This document shows positions 48,230 through 62,999 of a stretch of DNA of 64,000 nucleotides, one piece after another (within the stretch, counting starts at the first letter, position 1; each line of letters starts with the position of its first letter). The position numbers were made by a program, and so were the translations under genes. The notes below the pieces were generated by a model. It was given only the letters and a program-made list of their open reading frames with translations. It searched no databases and had not been told where the DNA came from. This stretch comes from the human T2T-CHM13v2.0 reference genome, Homo sapiens: the NCBI RefSeq assembly GCF_009914755.1, contig NC_060937.1, one strand, 5' to 3'.

Positions 48230-51200
48230 TCCATGCTTTGCACAGACTGGTATTTTCTTTTTGATTGAAAGATGGATCTGGAAGTTGTCACTGAGGAAAT
48301 TTTATAAATAGAAAAAAGCCACTTTTCTACCCTGTAATAACTCAGGAACAACTGGAAAAATGTTCTTTAGCCATAAAAAAATCAACCTGCAGGCTAAGTC
48401 TAAGCATAAAAATTTCATCCTGAATGATATCCACTTATAAAAAATGTGATTGACTGGTAACAGTGGTCTGTAATGAAAGATGTTTCACAAACCCCACTTT
48501 TACATTTCCAACCACAAAGAGTAATATACATGCTCCATGTTTAGGTCACATATCTAAGTAATATGATACAGTTTGCAAAATAATGTTGTTGACATTGATT
48601 TATTAATATTGATTTCTAAGCTGTAAAATATAGACGAAGCTATTTTCTATTGCTTTCTTTCCTAAGCAGATCAAAGTAAAAGTGGTGAATTATAGATTGT
48701 GAGCTGTCTTGATTTTTGATAAAATATCAGCAGGGTGGTTTTGAATGTCATATTTCATCACAGTTATTAATTGCCTTAAAGTGTGCATTTTCAATAAAAC
48801 TTATTCAGTCACTTTACATTTAAAACATGGTTGTATTTAAAATAAAACAATGTTATATTTTTAAAAATGAAGCCAGAAATTCAACACTGTATGATTAAAA
48901 TGGCATAAAATAATATATTTGTTAATTTCAACATGATAAATTTAGACACAGCATAATTATAGTGGTGTAATTATTTACCTCATTATGATATCTATAGTAT
49001 TAAAGTAATTTGATAACTGGCTTTTTAAAAATGGGGTTTACATTATTAGGAAAAAGTAGATTTTTATTTACTTTTCTATGCCATGTTTTTTGTAACTTTT
49101 CAGGAGAAGAAAAAAAGTAATAAGAACTTTGCTGTATCTTCAAAGATCCTGCAAAGAAATATTACATCTAACAATGTATAAACACACAAAGCTCTATTCT
49201 CCTGCATTAACTTGCTGTATCCTGGTTGTTTGTGTCATGTTACTTTCAATCTTCCTTTTATAGTTTTGTACTTAGAGCTTTGTTATTCTTCAAATTCTTT
49301 TCTCTTAGTTAAAAAAAAATATTATTTTGTTTCCCATTTCAGAAAGGGTCTATAAACTATTCGTGAGAATTTGCTAACCTCATTGCCCATTCTCACACAT
49401 TTACACAGGTCAGTGCTAGACACCAGATTGTAAGCTATGTAAGGAAAATAAACTGAATATTTTTATCTTTATGTAACTCGCACCTAGTAATTAGTGAATC
49501 CTTCATTGGCATATCTCTCTAAATATGTAATGTTATTAAATTACTGTCTCATAACTTCATAATTATTAGGCCTAAATAGGTTTTGTCTATGTGTAAAGAC
49601 TTGGTTCTCTTTAACAATAATAATATCAGCTCACACAGATTTCTCCCACAGAGTTCAAAGTCTCTTCTACTTCATGTTTCTTTCTCATCTACTAACATAT
49701 GTAGTTTTCATACCATTGCTACTTTCATCACAAACATAAATAAGGGTTGGTCTGTATAAATAAGCACAATTAATCACTACATGAATGAAAGCAGTAACTT
49801 AGTTTTACATAAACGTGATTTCAAGGAGCTTATATGTCAATACATCTGCACACAAGACAAGATATCTACAGTAAATACTTGTTGCAATAAATTTCTCTAG
49901 ATTATGTGAGATAATTTGAAAGTATCTCGTGCTATGCGGTTGACTAGATTGACTCCTTGAAAATCTATCACCAAGAAATTAATTGGGTGCTGTATAGTTA
50001 CTCATAGTTGTTCTACTTGTGTCATTAAGTCAACCAAAATTATTGGACCACAAAATGAACATTCTAGTTATTTGGTCACATTCATCTGAACGGAAATGAT
50101 TATGCATTGATCAAATCAGTTTCTCTAGGGCTTGGCTATTAGGAGAACGAAAGTGCTTGAACCTACCACATTTTTTGTTGATTCATTAACATTCTATGTA
50201 GCTTCTCTCTAAAACAGAAATTCAATGACTGAAAGTCACTTTAAGAAGCAGTAACGTATGTAACACTATTTTTACAAATCTTCAAACAAAAATATATTGA
50301 TTAATAATATGGCCACTTTAAATATGAGCTAGCATTTAAATAATATTTTTTGCTACTTCTTTCAATGAATAACAAAGAAAATTACATTGATTTTGTCTAT
50401 ATGTGTTTTCATTTGCAGGGCTATTCTTTTATTTGTAGTGTTTGTAGATATAAATTAGATGTGGTTTTGGAGGGCTGAAGGAGTCAAACTTTCAACCATT
50501 TGAAACTTGGTAGTTTCAGTAGCTCTTTTGGAAAAATAAAAGATGGAGATGAAATATCTTTAGGATGTAATTACATGAGGATATTTTAATTTAATTTAAA
50601 TGCCACTTTTTATTTTTATTTTTCAAAGTAGCATCATTATAGGCTCATTTTTAAAGACTGACAAATATAGCTTCTTGGAATTTACTGAATCCTTAGCATG
50701 GTCATTAGAAAAAATTCTACATAATGTTAAGGCAAACAAGCCACAACATTTATTTCTTCACAAGAAATTATCACTAACCTTAAGGATGGAATAGAAATTA
50801 GTGGTTTACAAATAATTTTAGTAAATCTATTCACAAAACAAATGATAGAAAAGTTAAAAAGTGAGCATCATTTGACAAATGTCTAGAGGACACCTAAGCA
50901 TGTTTCTTTTCCTTGAACTGCCTGATTGTATTTGTTCCCAAAGTAATTATACTCTATTTCGTTCTAGAAATTACTTGAGAAAAAATATAAAAATAATTTG
51001 TATACTATGAACAAAGTACAAAATAAATGTAGAATTATGGCCCATAAAGAATAAAAAGCTCTGTGAAAGTAAACAATGCCAGGGCAAACATAAATATACA
51101 TTTAATATGTTGTGTCATTGTGTGTGATTCAGAATCAGGCTTTATACTTTGCAATGATATTTAAAGTTACCATAAAAGGATGCAATGAGATTGGAAGTTA

Positions 51201-51733
51201 TCAAAAAATAAATAATAATTTGTTAACACTAATTCTACAAAAGAGTATGGAGTTTAGCATATATTATAGTTTAACTAAAAAAATTGAAATAGTGAACCAA
51301 TTTAATTGAGACGGAAAAGGAGAGAGAATCTAATTGTACAGTGTAAATGAAAAATTCCAGTTATTTGTTTCTTAGGAAATCTAGGCTTGGGAAATTCAAT
51401 TCTCATTTTTAAAAGTGAGAAGTATAAGAAAAATCCCAATTATAACAAAACATGTTCGGGTGATAATACATATGGCCATATAAAGGGAAAATTCATAGAG
51501 AAAATTGGACCCCTAAAATTATTGTAAGCCATTTCCTTGGTGTCCTCAAAATGCTTCCAACGGTCATATTTTCTACAGTGTTAAGAGTTGATGGCTAAAG
51601 GCATAGAAATATTTTTTTAAAAATTGGCCAGACAAAAACATAATAATGCAATATATATTTAAATATATGAAATATTTGGCATTGGTCAGAACTAACTAGA
51701 GAAAGTTAAAACAATGAAAGCACATGTTCATAC

Positions 51734-52090
51734 ATACTTAATTCACTCTTTACTACTATAACAAAATACCTGAGACTTGGCAATTTATAAAAAACAAAAA
51801 TATATTTTCTTACAGTTCTGGAGGATGAGAAGTCCAAGATCAAGGTGCTGTCTGTTCTTGTTGTCTGGTGAGGCCTGCATCCTCTGGAGGGGAGGAATAC
51901 TGTGTCGCCACAAGGTAAAAGGCAGAAGGGCAAGAGGGCTGAACCGCTGTATGAAGCCTCTTTTATCCTCGCCTAATCCCATTCATCAGGAACAAACTCA
52001 TGGCCTAACTGCCTTTTAAAGGCCCCACTTTGTTATTCCATCGCATTGTTGGTACCTGAATTTTGGAAGGGACATATTAAAACCATAACA
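51734..52090 (-). mobile_element. MLT1A1-like MaLR solo LTR
   Basis: CTATAACAAAATACCTGAGACT..ACAGTTCTGGAGG..AAGTCCAAGATCAAGG..GAGGGGAGGAA..AAACCATAACA; TSD CATAC/CATTC. Confidence 0.85.
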
Positions 52091-52114
52091 CATTCAATAT
52101 TGGCAAAGAAATAA

Positions 52115-52452
<338 letters not shown>

Positions 52453-52689
52453 AAGCAAATATTTTATGTGTGCTTTCAGACTGCTGTTCATGACGCAAAT
52501 CAGGATGATTTACTCTACGTTACTTTGGTCTCTGTTGTTGCTTTCTCTGTCAGCTTTGCCAATCTCCACTGTTAATGTCTGCTACTCAAGAGAACATCAG
52601 GTCACATGTAAACTTCAGAAATTCAAGTTGATTTCTATTAGGAATAAAATTTTCACTTTTTTTCAAAAAGCTATAAAAAACAGACCGTG

Positions 52690-52973
52690 GGCTGAGGGCG
52701 GTGGCTCACGCCGAGGCGGGCAGACCACTTGAGGTCAGGAGTTTGAGACCAGCCAGGCCAACATGGGGAAACCATATCTCTACTAAAAATACAAAAATTA
52801 GCCAGGCGTGGTGGCGGGTGCCTGTAGTTTCAGCTACTCCAGAAGCTAAGGCAGGAAAATTGCTTGAACTTGGGAGGTGGAGGTTTGCAGCGAGCCGATA
52901 TCATGCCACTGCACTCTATCCTGGGCTACAGAGCCAGACCCTGTCTCAACAACAACAGCAAAAAACAAAACCA
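52690..52973 (+). mobile_element. AluS with ~25 bp deletion in the left arm
   Basis: CTCACGCC joins GAGGCGGG, losing TGTAATCCCAGCACTTTGGGAGGCC; TSD AAAACAGACCGTG / AAACCAGACCATG brackets this Alu plus the next. Confidence 0.93.
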
Positions 52974-53323
<350 letters not shown>

Positions 53324-54145
53324 TTAAATGCAAGCCTCCAGGTTTAATTATAGCTTGACTTTACCGCCATTCTCAAAATGTTCTGGGCATCATCGACTCT
53401 GACATGACCTCATGGAGAAAGTGGTTCATGATAAGAAGTTAAATTTTCCCTCAATATTATTTAAAATCTTCATATTCACCTCAATTGTAAGCTGAGTATC
53501 TCTGCAGGTCACCACTTTACCTGAGCTTGTTTATATTTCATATTCAATATAACTCAGAAGCCCAGTTGTTTTTCTCCTCCTAGATTAGTACTTCTCTAAG
53601 TTCTTATAAAAAATCTGTTGCTTTGAGGATTATGCTGACTGGCTTTTCTGCCCTTTCTGCTTTTTCGTTATTCTCATATACCTAAATTTTGAAAGTTTGC
53701 TTACTTTATTCAATATATTTTAGCAATATTCCTTTCCACATCTATCATTTTCATAGAAATCTTTATCTGAGACAGAAATTACCGACAGGTTGAATTAAAT
53801 AAATTCCAGTATTTGATTGTCAATTACACAAAATCAAACAGCAGGATGAATCCCGAATTACAATCTGTGCTATAGGACAAAATATTTATATTTTATATAA
53901 TGACTTTTATAAATTAATAATGGGATACAAACCTCAAAGCCAAATGTTACCAAAAATGTATGGATAATATTTTCATTCCGTAAGGATCAGAGAAAGTACA
54001 AAAAATGAAGAAACTATGGTATTGTCTTAGAATTTTTAATATACAAGATTGATTCGATGTTCAGTAAATAAGCACAACAAAATTTTGATTTGTACAATTG
54101 TACCATGTCTCTAGAAGACAGTCGTGATTACATTTCTAGTAAGAA

Positions 54146-54185
54146 ATGTGTGTGTGTACATATATATATGTGTGTGTGTGTGTGC
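54146..54185. repeat. (TG)n-(TA)n-(TG)n microsatellite
   Basis: Directly visible. Confidence 0.9.
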
Positions 54186-54519
54186 ATAGATACTTACACA
54201 CTCCACACAGAAAGATGAAAAACTTGAACAAGTAAAATACATTTACTGTGATTCTTAATGAAAGATGAGATGATGGAAGAGTCCCATTCATTTAAAAGTA
54301 AACCTTTTAAATAACTCCAAATTATTTATACTGAATCTTTAGATAAATAATAAATATGTGGGTTTAAATTAAGAATTATGATTTGATTTCCTATGTTTAT
54401 AACTTTTTCCCTAAAATTGCACAGATATTAAAAATACCAGAAAATGTTGCATTTCTTTTTGAAAACAAGATTATATACAGTCATTTAACCATCATCAAAA
54501 TCAAGATTTAGAAACTCTC

Positions 54520-54752
54520 ATATACAGCATGCTGACTATAGATAACAATAACGTCGCATATGTACAAAATTAGCTAGAAGAGTGGATCATTAAGTGTTCT
54601 CACCATAAAAGTATCTATGAGAAGTGACCAGATGTGTTAATTAGCTTGATGATAATTTCACAATATATTTGTGTATTTAAAAAATCACAGCATATATTTT
54701 AAATATATATAATTTTAATTTGCCAATTATACCTTAATAGAGCTGGTGGGGG
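54520..54752 (+). mobile_element. L1MA9/10-like 3' end
   Basis: TACAGCATGCTGACTATAG..GAGTGGATC..GTGTTCTCACCA..GTTAATTAGCTTGAT..CAATTATACCTTAATAGAGCTGG. Confidence 0.8.
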
Positions 54753-54779
54753 AAGAATAAATCTCAAAAGAATTTTGAA

Positions 54780-55075
54780 AAAGGAGGGAAGCCAAATGAA
54801 AAATGCCACATAATATGTGATTTTATTTATATGACTTTCTGGAAAGGCAGAATAATACAATGCTTATTAGAGATCAACAAATCCTAGTGTTAAGGGAAGG
54901 AATTTACTGCAAAAGAAAAAAAAATAGTCCTTTTTGGAATAATGGGGATGTTTTACATCTTAGTTCTGATGATACTTATACTACTTTGTAGATTTCTTAA
55001 AGGTCACCAAGCTACTTAACTGAAAATGGTACCTTTTATGGTATTTACATTATAGTTCAATAAAACAATAAAAAT
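54780..55075 (+). mobile_element. L1MC/L1ME 3' end
   Basis: GAAGCCAA..ATATGTGATTTTATTTATATGA..TCTGGAAAGGC; ends TCAATAAAA. Confidence 0.6.
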
Positions 55076-55248
55076 ATTGATGCAAAGAAATGTAGAAACT
55101 TTCAAATCTCTCTGTGCTCTTTTATACACAATCTCTACTTCCATCCTTGATGCCTGGCAACCACTGTTTGCATTCATAAGCATCATTTTATGAATACGAC
55201 AATCTAATGGTTTTATAACCATTAGTGGAATGTTCTTTCTAAAATTAA

Positions 55249-55555
55249 GGTGGGTGTGGTGGTTCACGCCTATAATGGAAGCATTTTGGGAGCCTGAGGT
55301 AGAAGAATCATTTAAGGCTCGAGTTTGAGATCAGCCTGGGCAACACAGCAAGACCCTATCTCCACAAAAAATAAAAATAAAAAAATTAACTGGGCATTGT
55401 GGTGCAAACCCGTAGTCCCCGCTACTAGTGAGGCTGAGGCGTGAAGATTGCTTGATCCCAGGAGTTTGAGGCTGCAGTGAGCTGTTGTTTGCACCTCTGA
55501 ACTCTAGCCTGGGCAACAGAAAAAGATCCTGTCTCTAAAAAATAAATGTAAATAA
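55249..55555 (+). mobile_element. AluJ (AluJo-like)
   Basis: GATTGCTTGA.CCCAGGAGTTTGAGGCTGCAGTGAGCT and CAGCCTGGGCAACACAGCAAGACCC diagnostics. Confidence 0.93.
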
Positions 55556-55589
55556 ATTTAAAAATTTTAAATCTCTGTAAATTTCACCA

Positions 55590-56275
55590 AAAACCAGTTT
55601 AGTATCTATGTCGTTATTTATTTATGTATCTTTTCTTTTATTCTATTCATTATGTATCTATTATTTTTTGATAACACACTGTCATCATTAGGGTACCTTT
55701 TAGTGGGTCTGAAAATCAGGTAGTATAAGTGCTCTAATTTATTTATTCATTTACAAAATTGACTTGGCTGTTCTAATTTATTTACCTTTCAATATAAATT
55801 TTAGAATCAGCCTGTCTATAACAACAAAGAATCTTCAAATTTTGATTGACTAGAATTGCACTTTATCTATAGATACCTTTGGGGAGCATTAACAACAATA
55901 CTGAGTCTTCCAATTCATGAACGTGGCATCTCTTTCCACTTATTTAGAAATTCTTTGCTTTTTGTTAAATCAGTTTTTTACCATTTATGTTATAGATCTT
56001 GCATATAATTAGTAAGATTTAAGTATAAGTATTTAAGTTTTTGTGATAATGTAAATGGTACTTTTTATAATTGTAATTTTCAAAATATATTGCATATATA
56101 CACAAATATATTAGCTATTCACATATAAATTTTTGTTATGTGCTCTTTTAAGGCTTTTGTCCCTTTTTATTTGGGGTTTGTATTATTATTATTGAATTGC
56201 TCAAGAAATTTATTGCAGAAGTATGTATTAAATACATTGCCAGATTTGTGTATTGTTAATATCTTCTATGAGTCT
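55590..56275 (-). mobile_element. Old L1M ORF2 fragment
   Basis: ATATAAATTTTAGAATCAGC, ATACTGAGTCTTCCAATTCATGAAC..TCCACTTATTTAG. Confidence 0.7.
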
Positions 56276-56499
56276 GAGAGCTGTCAATAACTTGGAGATC
56301 TCTCTATGCTCTCTGGCCCAAACCAGAAAGAGGGACACTATGAGTAAACTTTACTCTCCAGAGTGTCCTATCACCAACTTACCAAGCCAAAGGATATAAA
56401 TATCTACCCTCTACAGCCTCATCTTGTGGCAGACTGGTAACAGGAACTTATCAAAGACTTCCTCAGAGAAAGTCAGCTTCAACTTCCTGGCTCTGGCCT

Positions 56500-57500
56500 T
56501 AAATATTTTTTAGCAGCAAAAATTATAAAGTAAAACTGATCTAAAACAACTATTTTCAAATGAGCAATCTTTGTTCATCAAAATGTGGTGAAAAAATGGA
56601 AAGACAACAAAATTAGGAGATACTTTCAACATAAAGTACTAAGAGGGTTTATTACTGAGAATTTTTTTAAAGTGTGATTATTCAGGAACAAAAAATAGTC
56701 TTCAATATAAAAATCAGTAAAATAGAATAGCACTTCACAGAGGAACCATGTCCATTTTTATTCATTGATAAAATGAAAATGTACTATACTAAACATAATT
56801 CCACACTCCCAGATTGGGCACTTTTCATTTTTAAAGCACATAAATATTTGGAATTTTAAAAAAGTAATGCACCACTGGTATGGAGAATACATTGCTACAA
56901 TTACTTTCTGAAAGTGTTTGGCATTGCCTAACAAGGGTGAGCATGTGTATGACATACAATGTAGCATTTCTACTCCTTAGGTATATTAAAAAAGGGAATT
57001 TGAAAGTGAGTATTCTGACACATTTGCAATATATTATAGCACTAGTTTGATGGTAGCATAAATACTGAATAAGTCAAATGGCTGACATTATTGAAATACA
57101 TATATATCTATCTGTATGCATATTTATACATTAAAATACCTCAGATAAGTGACTAAGAATTCAATATAACTGCACGAACCAGAATGAATGCTAAAAACTA
57201 CCACTAGTAAAATATGCTATTCTACAACTTTACAGGACATAATTCCATTAATACAATCTCAAACTCAGGCAAAACTAATAAATATTCAGAGTCACAAGAG
57301 TAAACCCTAAAGAAAAGCAAAAGGATGGGATATATATATTCAGAATATTAGATATGGCTCAGAAAGAATGGTGAGGATGAAGTTCCATCAATTTCATACA
57401 GGTGAATTAAAAGATATTGGTAATGCTTTAATACTTCATTGACATAGGTTTATAGCATATAATTATTATTTTTAATGAATATATTTTAGCAATATTATCT
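56500..57500 (+). mobile_element. L1ME ORF2-end/3'UTR fragment
   Basis: AGCATTTCTACTCCTTAGGTATAT, CAGGACATAATTCCATT..CAGGCAAAACTAA. Confidence 0.6.
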
Positions 57501-57602
57501 GTCTATAAAACACTTCTTTCCTGATATTTTATACAAATACAAAATTAATTTTTTATGACTTTGGCTGTAGACACATAAAGTTCAAGATCCTATCAGCTTA
57601 GC

Positions 57603-57726
57603 AGAGTGACCATACACTTTATTTTACAAACCAGGTTATATGTTTTAAAAGTTGAGTATTCTTAGTTGTCACAGTATGAGAGAAAACTGCAGCTGCTCAT
57701 AGAAAACTGGGGCTTTTGTTCATCCT
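57603..57726 (+). mobile_element. MER94-like hAT-Blackjack MITE
   Basis: Degenerate TIRs AGAGTGACCATA ... TTTGTTCATCCT; ~124 bp. Confidence 0.6.
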
Positions 57727-58419
57727 GTCTATTAGATATACATGTAAAAATGCTGGTAATTCAGATGGATGTAGATATCACAATGTGAGTTGAAGTTTGA
57801 GGGTGATCGTATATGTTCTTGAATCATGGGTCCATGAATTGCATTTAAAGATATGGACCTGGATGACCAAGAAGTAAGTCTATATAGAGAGGAGAATAAA
57901 TAATAGAACCTAAAATGGTACGCATTTTAAAGTTTAAGTAGGTGATAAGGATGATAAGAGCGCGTGTATAACCAGTGTTTGTGCAGGCTGAATGCCAATG
58001 GAAAGATGTTAGCGAAAGCACACAAAGATTGCGGTTCAAAAAGAGGGAGCTATCAATTAATGTGCCAAATAATTATCAGCATACAGCCAAATAAAGATTG
58101 ACATTTCCCACTGGATTTGAACAAATAAACAATAAACCTGCATCAGCAAATAAACTTTTTTCTTCAATACAGGCATTTCTCATTAGTTTAATTTCTTCCT
58201 GCAAATTTGCCGGATAGCTAATTTTTAGAAAACAATAGTACATATTCCCTTATTTTAAATAGGAAAAAATAATTTAGTGAAAAAATCCCCATCCAATTCC
58301 CCCACATACAATTAAAACTCTTTTAACAAGTTACTTAACAAACCTGAATAATAGAAAGCATTTATAATTTCAATTATACAAATATTTAACAATTGCACAG
58401 TAAGTTTATTAAATAAAGG

Positions 58420-58481
58420 AATAAAGTACCATATGGCAAAATAAAGTAAGTAAAGCAATAAAGTACCATATGGCAAAATAA
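58420..58481. repeat. 25-bp direct duplication, period 37
   Basis: AATAAAGTACCATATGGCAAAATAA at 58420 and 58457. Confidence 0.95.
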
Positions 58482-59109
58482 TTTTTCTTCTACACCAAGC
58501 CAACCATGTTTGCAGTGTAAATCAATTAACAAAGTAACATTTTACTATACTTAATGAATAAAATAGTATTTAAGCCAAAAAAAAAAAAAACAGATTACAA
58601 AGGAAGAAAACTTTAACTTACCAACTGAACAGTTTCCTAAGTGAGATATGACAGCCAAATAACAAGCTGCTTGGTTGCAGTTTGGTGAAATCCAGTAGAC
58701 TGAAGGAGTTTTCAGTTAACACCTGAAATTTAAATTTTGTCCATTTTTAAATCTGAGGATGTTTTGGTCCATTTTTTCTTGCGTACCCAAGACTGCTAAT
58801 AAGCATATATATGAATCATTATCGAAGACAAAAAAAGACATTGGTGAAAATCAATCCTGACAGCTTTCTGTGTTCTTCTGCTTAATGTTATATAGCTTTT
58901 GACATGGACAAATAATTGCATTTATTAGTATCTTCCTTCTTCTCATGGTATAATCACATTTTCTTGCTATATCAAATTTCTTTAAAAGTTCTGATGTCAA
59001 ATATCATGGTTCCGCTTATTTTCCCCCAATAAACAATGAATAATATGTTGAAGTACTTTATGTTATGTTCTCTAACATACAGTTATACATTTCTGATAGG
59101 GACAAGTTG

Positions 59110-59545
59110 TCACCAATTCAATTTCCATTTTCTGTTTTTTTCTTTACTTGCTGACTTCGATTTCATTTAATATAAAATATTCATATGAAATGTTAGAATT
59201 CTCAGCCTGCCTTGCAGTTAGTGGTGCTAATACAATTCAGTTTTCAACAAGTTACAAAATGTGAGGCTCTGGCAGATCTTCCAGAAAATTTTTTGGAAAA
59301 CACCATAATTTTTACACTTCTTCCTCCCCTACCTCTTGTTCTGGTCTGAGATGTGGTCTTTAGGCTGGAACACAACCAGTAGCCATCTTGTGAACATAAA
59401 GATAGATGATACTATAGTGGGATGATAGTGGAAAATTACAGAAGCCTATGTCCCTGAAGACAATATGGAGACACCTCACCAACACTTGACTACCTGTCCA
59501 TGCTTTTCTTATCTGGGAGGAATAACAACCTTTTTCTTGTTAAAA
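59110..59545 (-). mobile_element. LTR33/LTR16-like ERV-L LTR remnant
   Basis: CAGCCTGCCTTGCAGTTAG and AGCCATCTTGTGA motifs. Confidence 0.45.
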
Positions 59546-59599
59546 TTAATACACTTTCAAAAAAGCAGTTATGGGTTCAGAGAGCACTGTGTCCCCAAA

Positions 59600-61210
59600 T
59601 ACTACCTCATGTGCACTTGATAAAAATGTACATTCTGTTTTTGTTGGTGAAATATTCTGTGTGCTGTTAGTTCCAATTGGTTTATAGTGTTGTCTAAGTT
59701 ATCTGTTTCCTTATTGATCATTTGTCTGTTTTATTATCCTTACATATTAAAGAATAATCTCACTAAATTCAAAATGCTAGGTTGGCGCTTTTTACTTTCA
59801 ACATTTTAAATATTTAATTATACTTTCTTTTTGCTTAGAAGGTTTCTGAAGAAAAGACTCACATAATTCTTATTCTTTCTCCTGTATAGGTAACGTGTTT
59901 TAGAATTTTTTTAAAAATCTGGATTATTTCTAGATTTTTTGATTTTTTTCAAAAAACTCTGGCTTTTTTTTCTATATTTTCTATAGTTTAAATATATGTC
60001 TAACTGTAGATTTGTAAATGTTTATCTTGTATGGCATTCTCTGAGTTTCCTGAATATTTATTTTGGTTTATGCCATTCATTTTGGAAACCTCTCAACTAT
60101 TATTCTGTTTCTTTCTCTCTTTAGTCTTTTCCTAGTATCCTAGTTTTCCCATTATTTGTAAATTATACTTCATATTTGTCCCTCAATTTTTGGATAGTCT
60201 TTTATGTTTCTCGTACTTTTTTCTTTGTATTTTAGGTTTAATATTTCCATTGACATATATTCAAGCTCAATGATTCTTCCTTGGCCATTGTCAGTGTGAT
60301 AAATTCAACAAAGGCATTTTGATTTCTGTTATAATATTTTGATTTTAGCATTTCCTTTTAATTTTGAGCATTTTCATTTCTCTGGTTATAATACCCATTG
60401 ATTCTTGCACAGTATCAGCCTTTTACATTAGAAAGCTTAGCATCTTCATCATAGTTATTTTAAATTCCAGATCTTTACTTTGAAATTATCTGCCATATTT
60501 AAACCTAGTTATAATGCTTGCTCTTCTCTTCAAACTGTGTATATGTTTGTGTGTGTGTTTTGTTCCTTTTCACAACTATATAAACATCTGTCTCTTTCTG
60601 AATTACCTGTTCTATTTTGTTTTTCCAAATTTCCGTATCAATAGAAATACAAAACTGTCTTATTGATTGTAATTATGCAGTTATGTAGTATATTTTGTAC
60701 AATTAATAAATTGCCTTCTAATTCTAATTATCCTGCTTTTAAAAAAACTGAAATAGCTATTTGATTATATTTTCTCTTTCAGATAAACTTTGGTACCTGG
60801 GAATTTCATTAAAATTTATGTTTACCTGTTAACTGAAATTGTATTAAATTTGAGATTAATATTTTAAAAATATACTAAATCATCCCATTCAGTAATACAG
60901 TTTATATAAATTGTCTTTTTTCTTCAGTAATATATTAAATGTTCATTAACTGTATCCTTTTTTTTGTTTTAAAGTATATTATTAGAAACGTTTTCAACGT
61001 GTTTCTTGTTATTGTGAATGGAAGCTTTTTTCCTTATATTTAGTAGCTTATTGCTGATAAATGAAAAAAATACAAATATATTGATTTCAGTTTGTTGACA
61101 TTGTATCTGTTTCCCTTGTGGAACTCTCATATTAAAACTAATCACTTTCCATTTGATTGCCCTGGATCCCCTAGTTAGAAATTCCAAACTTCTGCAAATA
61201 ATGAAAGGCC
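59600..61210 (-). mobile_element. Old L1M fragments (antisense)
   Basis: GTGCACTTGATAAAAATGTACATTCTG, CAAGCTCAATGATTCTTCCTTGGCCA; T-rich strand. Confidence 0.6.
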
Positions 61211-61733
61211 CCTGCTCACCCACACACAAATGCTTCTACAAAATCTGTAAATACAGCCACACAAGAAGGTGGATATACTCTGGTAAGTGTTCACTGACAG
61301 AGGAAACTGCCTTGTAATCTGCTGTATCTCCCTTATGAAGCCATAGGAACAAAGCTAGAGGCACAATTTCCGTGATAATCTTGGTCCATCATGTCCATTG
61401 TCATATTTTTAGTCCTGTCTGCTTATCTATTTGCACTTATATACAAATGCTTCTGTGAATTCAATCTCCCAGGACACTGCTCAACTGAACCTTTCCATTA
61501 TGCCTGTTCTGAATCGCCTACTTCAAAATCATTGAGTGACCTTCTTTCTCTCCTTGTCTTATTTATAAAACATACATGCACCTCCTAGTTTTGGTGGAAT
61601 CTGGCTAATCTCTGATGAATTCACCCATTTTCCCTGACTTATTCTTTGATTCTCAATAAGCAAGTTTTATCAAAATATATCTGGCTTTTAAGTATCACTT
61701 AATCTACATTAAACCTCTTCGGTAGTTTTCTTT

Positions 61734-62199
61734 TTTTTTAAATTTTATTATTATTATACTTTAAGTTTTAGGGTACATGCGCACGACGTGCAGGTTTGTT
61801 ACATATGTATACATGTGCCATGTTGGTGTGCTGCACCCATTAACTCGTCATTTAGCATTAGGTATATCTCTTAATGCTATCCCTCCCCCCTCCCCTCACC
61901 CCACAACAGTCCCTGGTGTGTGATGTTCCCCTTCCTGTGTCCATGTGTTCTCACTGTTCAATTCCCACCTATGAGTGAGAACATGCAGTGTTTGGTTTTT
62001 TGTCCTTGAGATAGTTTGCTGAGAATGATGGTTTCCAGTTTCTTCCATGTCCCTACAAAGGACATGAACTCATCATTTTTCATGGCTGCATAGTATTCCA
62101 TGGTGTATATATGCCACATTTTCTTAATCCAGTCTATTGTTGTTGGACATTTAGGTTGGTTCCAAGTCTTTGCTATTGTGAATAGTGCCACTATAAACA
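61734..62199 (-). mobile_element. Young 5'-truncated L1PA (L1PA3-5-like) 3' end
   Basis: Close to the L1PA 3'UTR; ORF2 C-terminus MFIVALFTIAKTWNQPKCP..MFSLIGGN; perfect 11 bp TSD TAGTTTTCTTT (61723-61733, 62200-62210). Confidence 0.96.
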
Positions 62200-62999
62200 T
62201 AGTTTTCTTTATGTACACTTCATTGCACATTTCTCCACTTTGCAATCGACATTAGTTACTACAGTTGTGTTTATCTATTGGATGTCTCTGTCCCTTAATA
62301 AGACACAAGATCTAAGATGGCATGTTACATCTGTTTACTTTATCACTTTATACAGAGCCTAGCACATGGAAAATATATTTTGTTTATCTTAATTTATCAA
62401 ATTTTATAATTTACTTCACATTTGTTACTAGCATTAAATTACATATGCCATACAGCAATTTTTTTCTAGATTAATTTTGACTAATATGATAGTTTTTGAT
62501 ATTTATTATTGGTTTCTCATGTGGTTTTCAATGCATATTTAAGTATTGGTACCCTTAGGCATAGACTAGGTGAAGCTGACTCTCAGAGGTAACAATTACT
62601 CTGTCATTTCACAGATATTTTCTTCCTGTATCATTTTTCTCTTTACACTACTTGAATGAGTTCAATATAGAATAATGCTTTTAATATTTTAAATAAATAG
62701 TACAAAACTATTTAGTCTCAATATTCTGAAATAACTTATTAGTCTGAAATGGAAATGCCTTTTCATTTCTAAAACTTAGAAAAGGGTTCAGTCCTGGGAA
62801 AATGGTTTGAAGTCATATTTTAAAAGTAAAAAAACTCATAAATATAAAAATTAGGAAGTAAGTATAAAGTAATAAAAGCAAAAAGTTTATAGAAATAGAA
62901 TATTAGTTTGGGAATTATCAAGGAAAAATAGAAAAACAATCTAGAAGCAGTCTGTCATAATTCTCTCTATATATGTTCATGAGAGGTATGATGAGTCTA

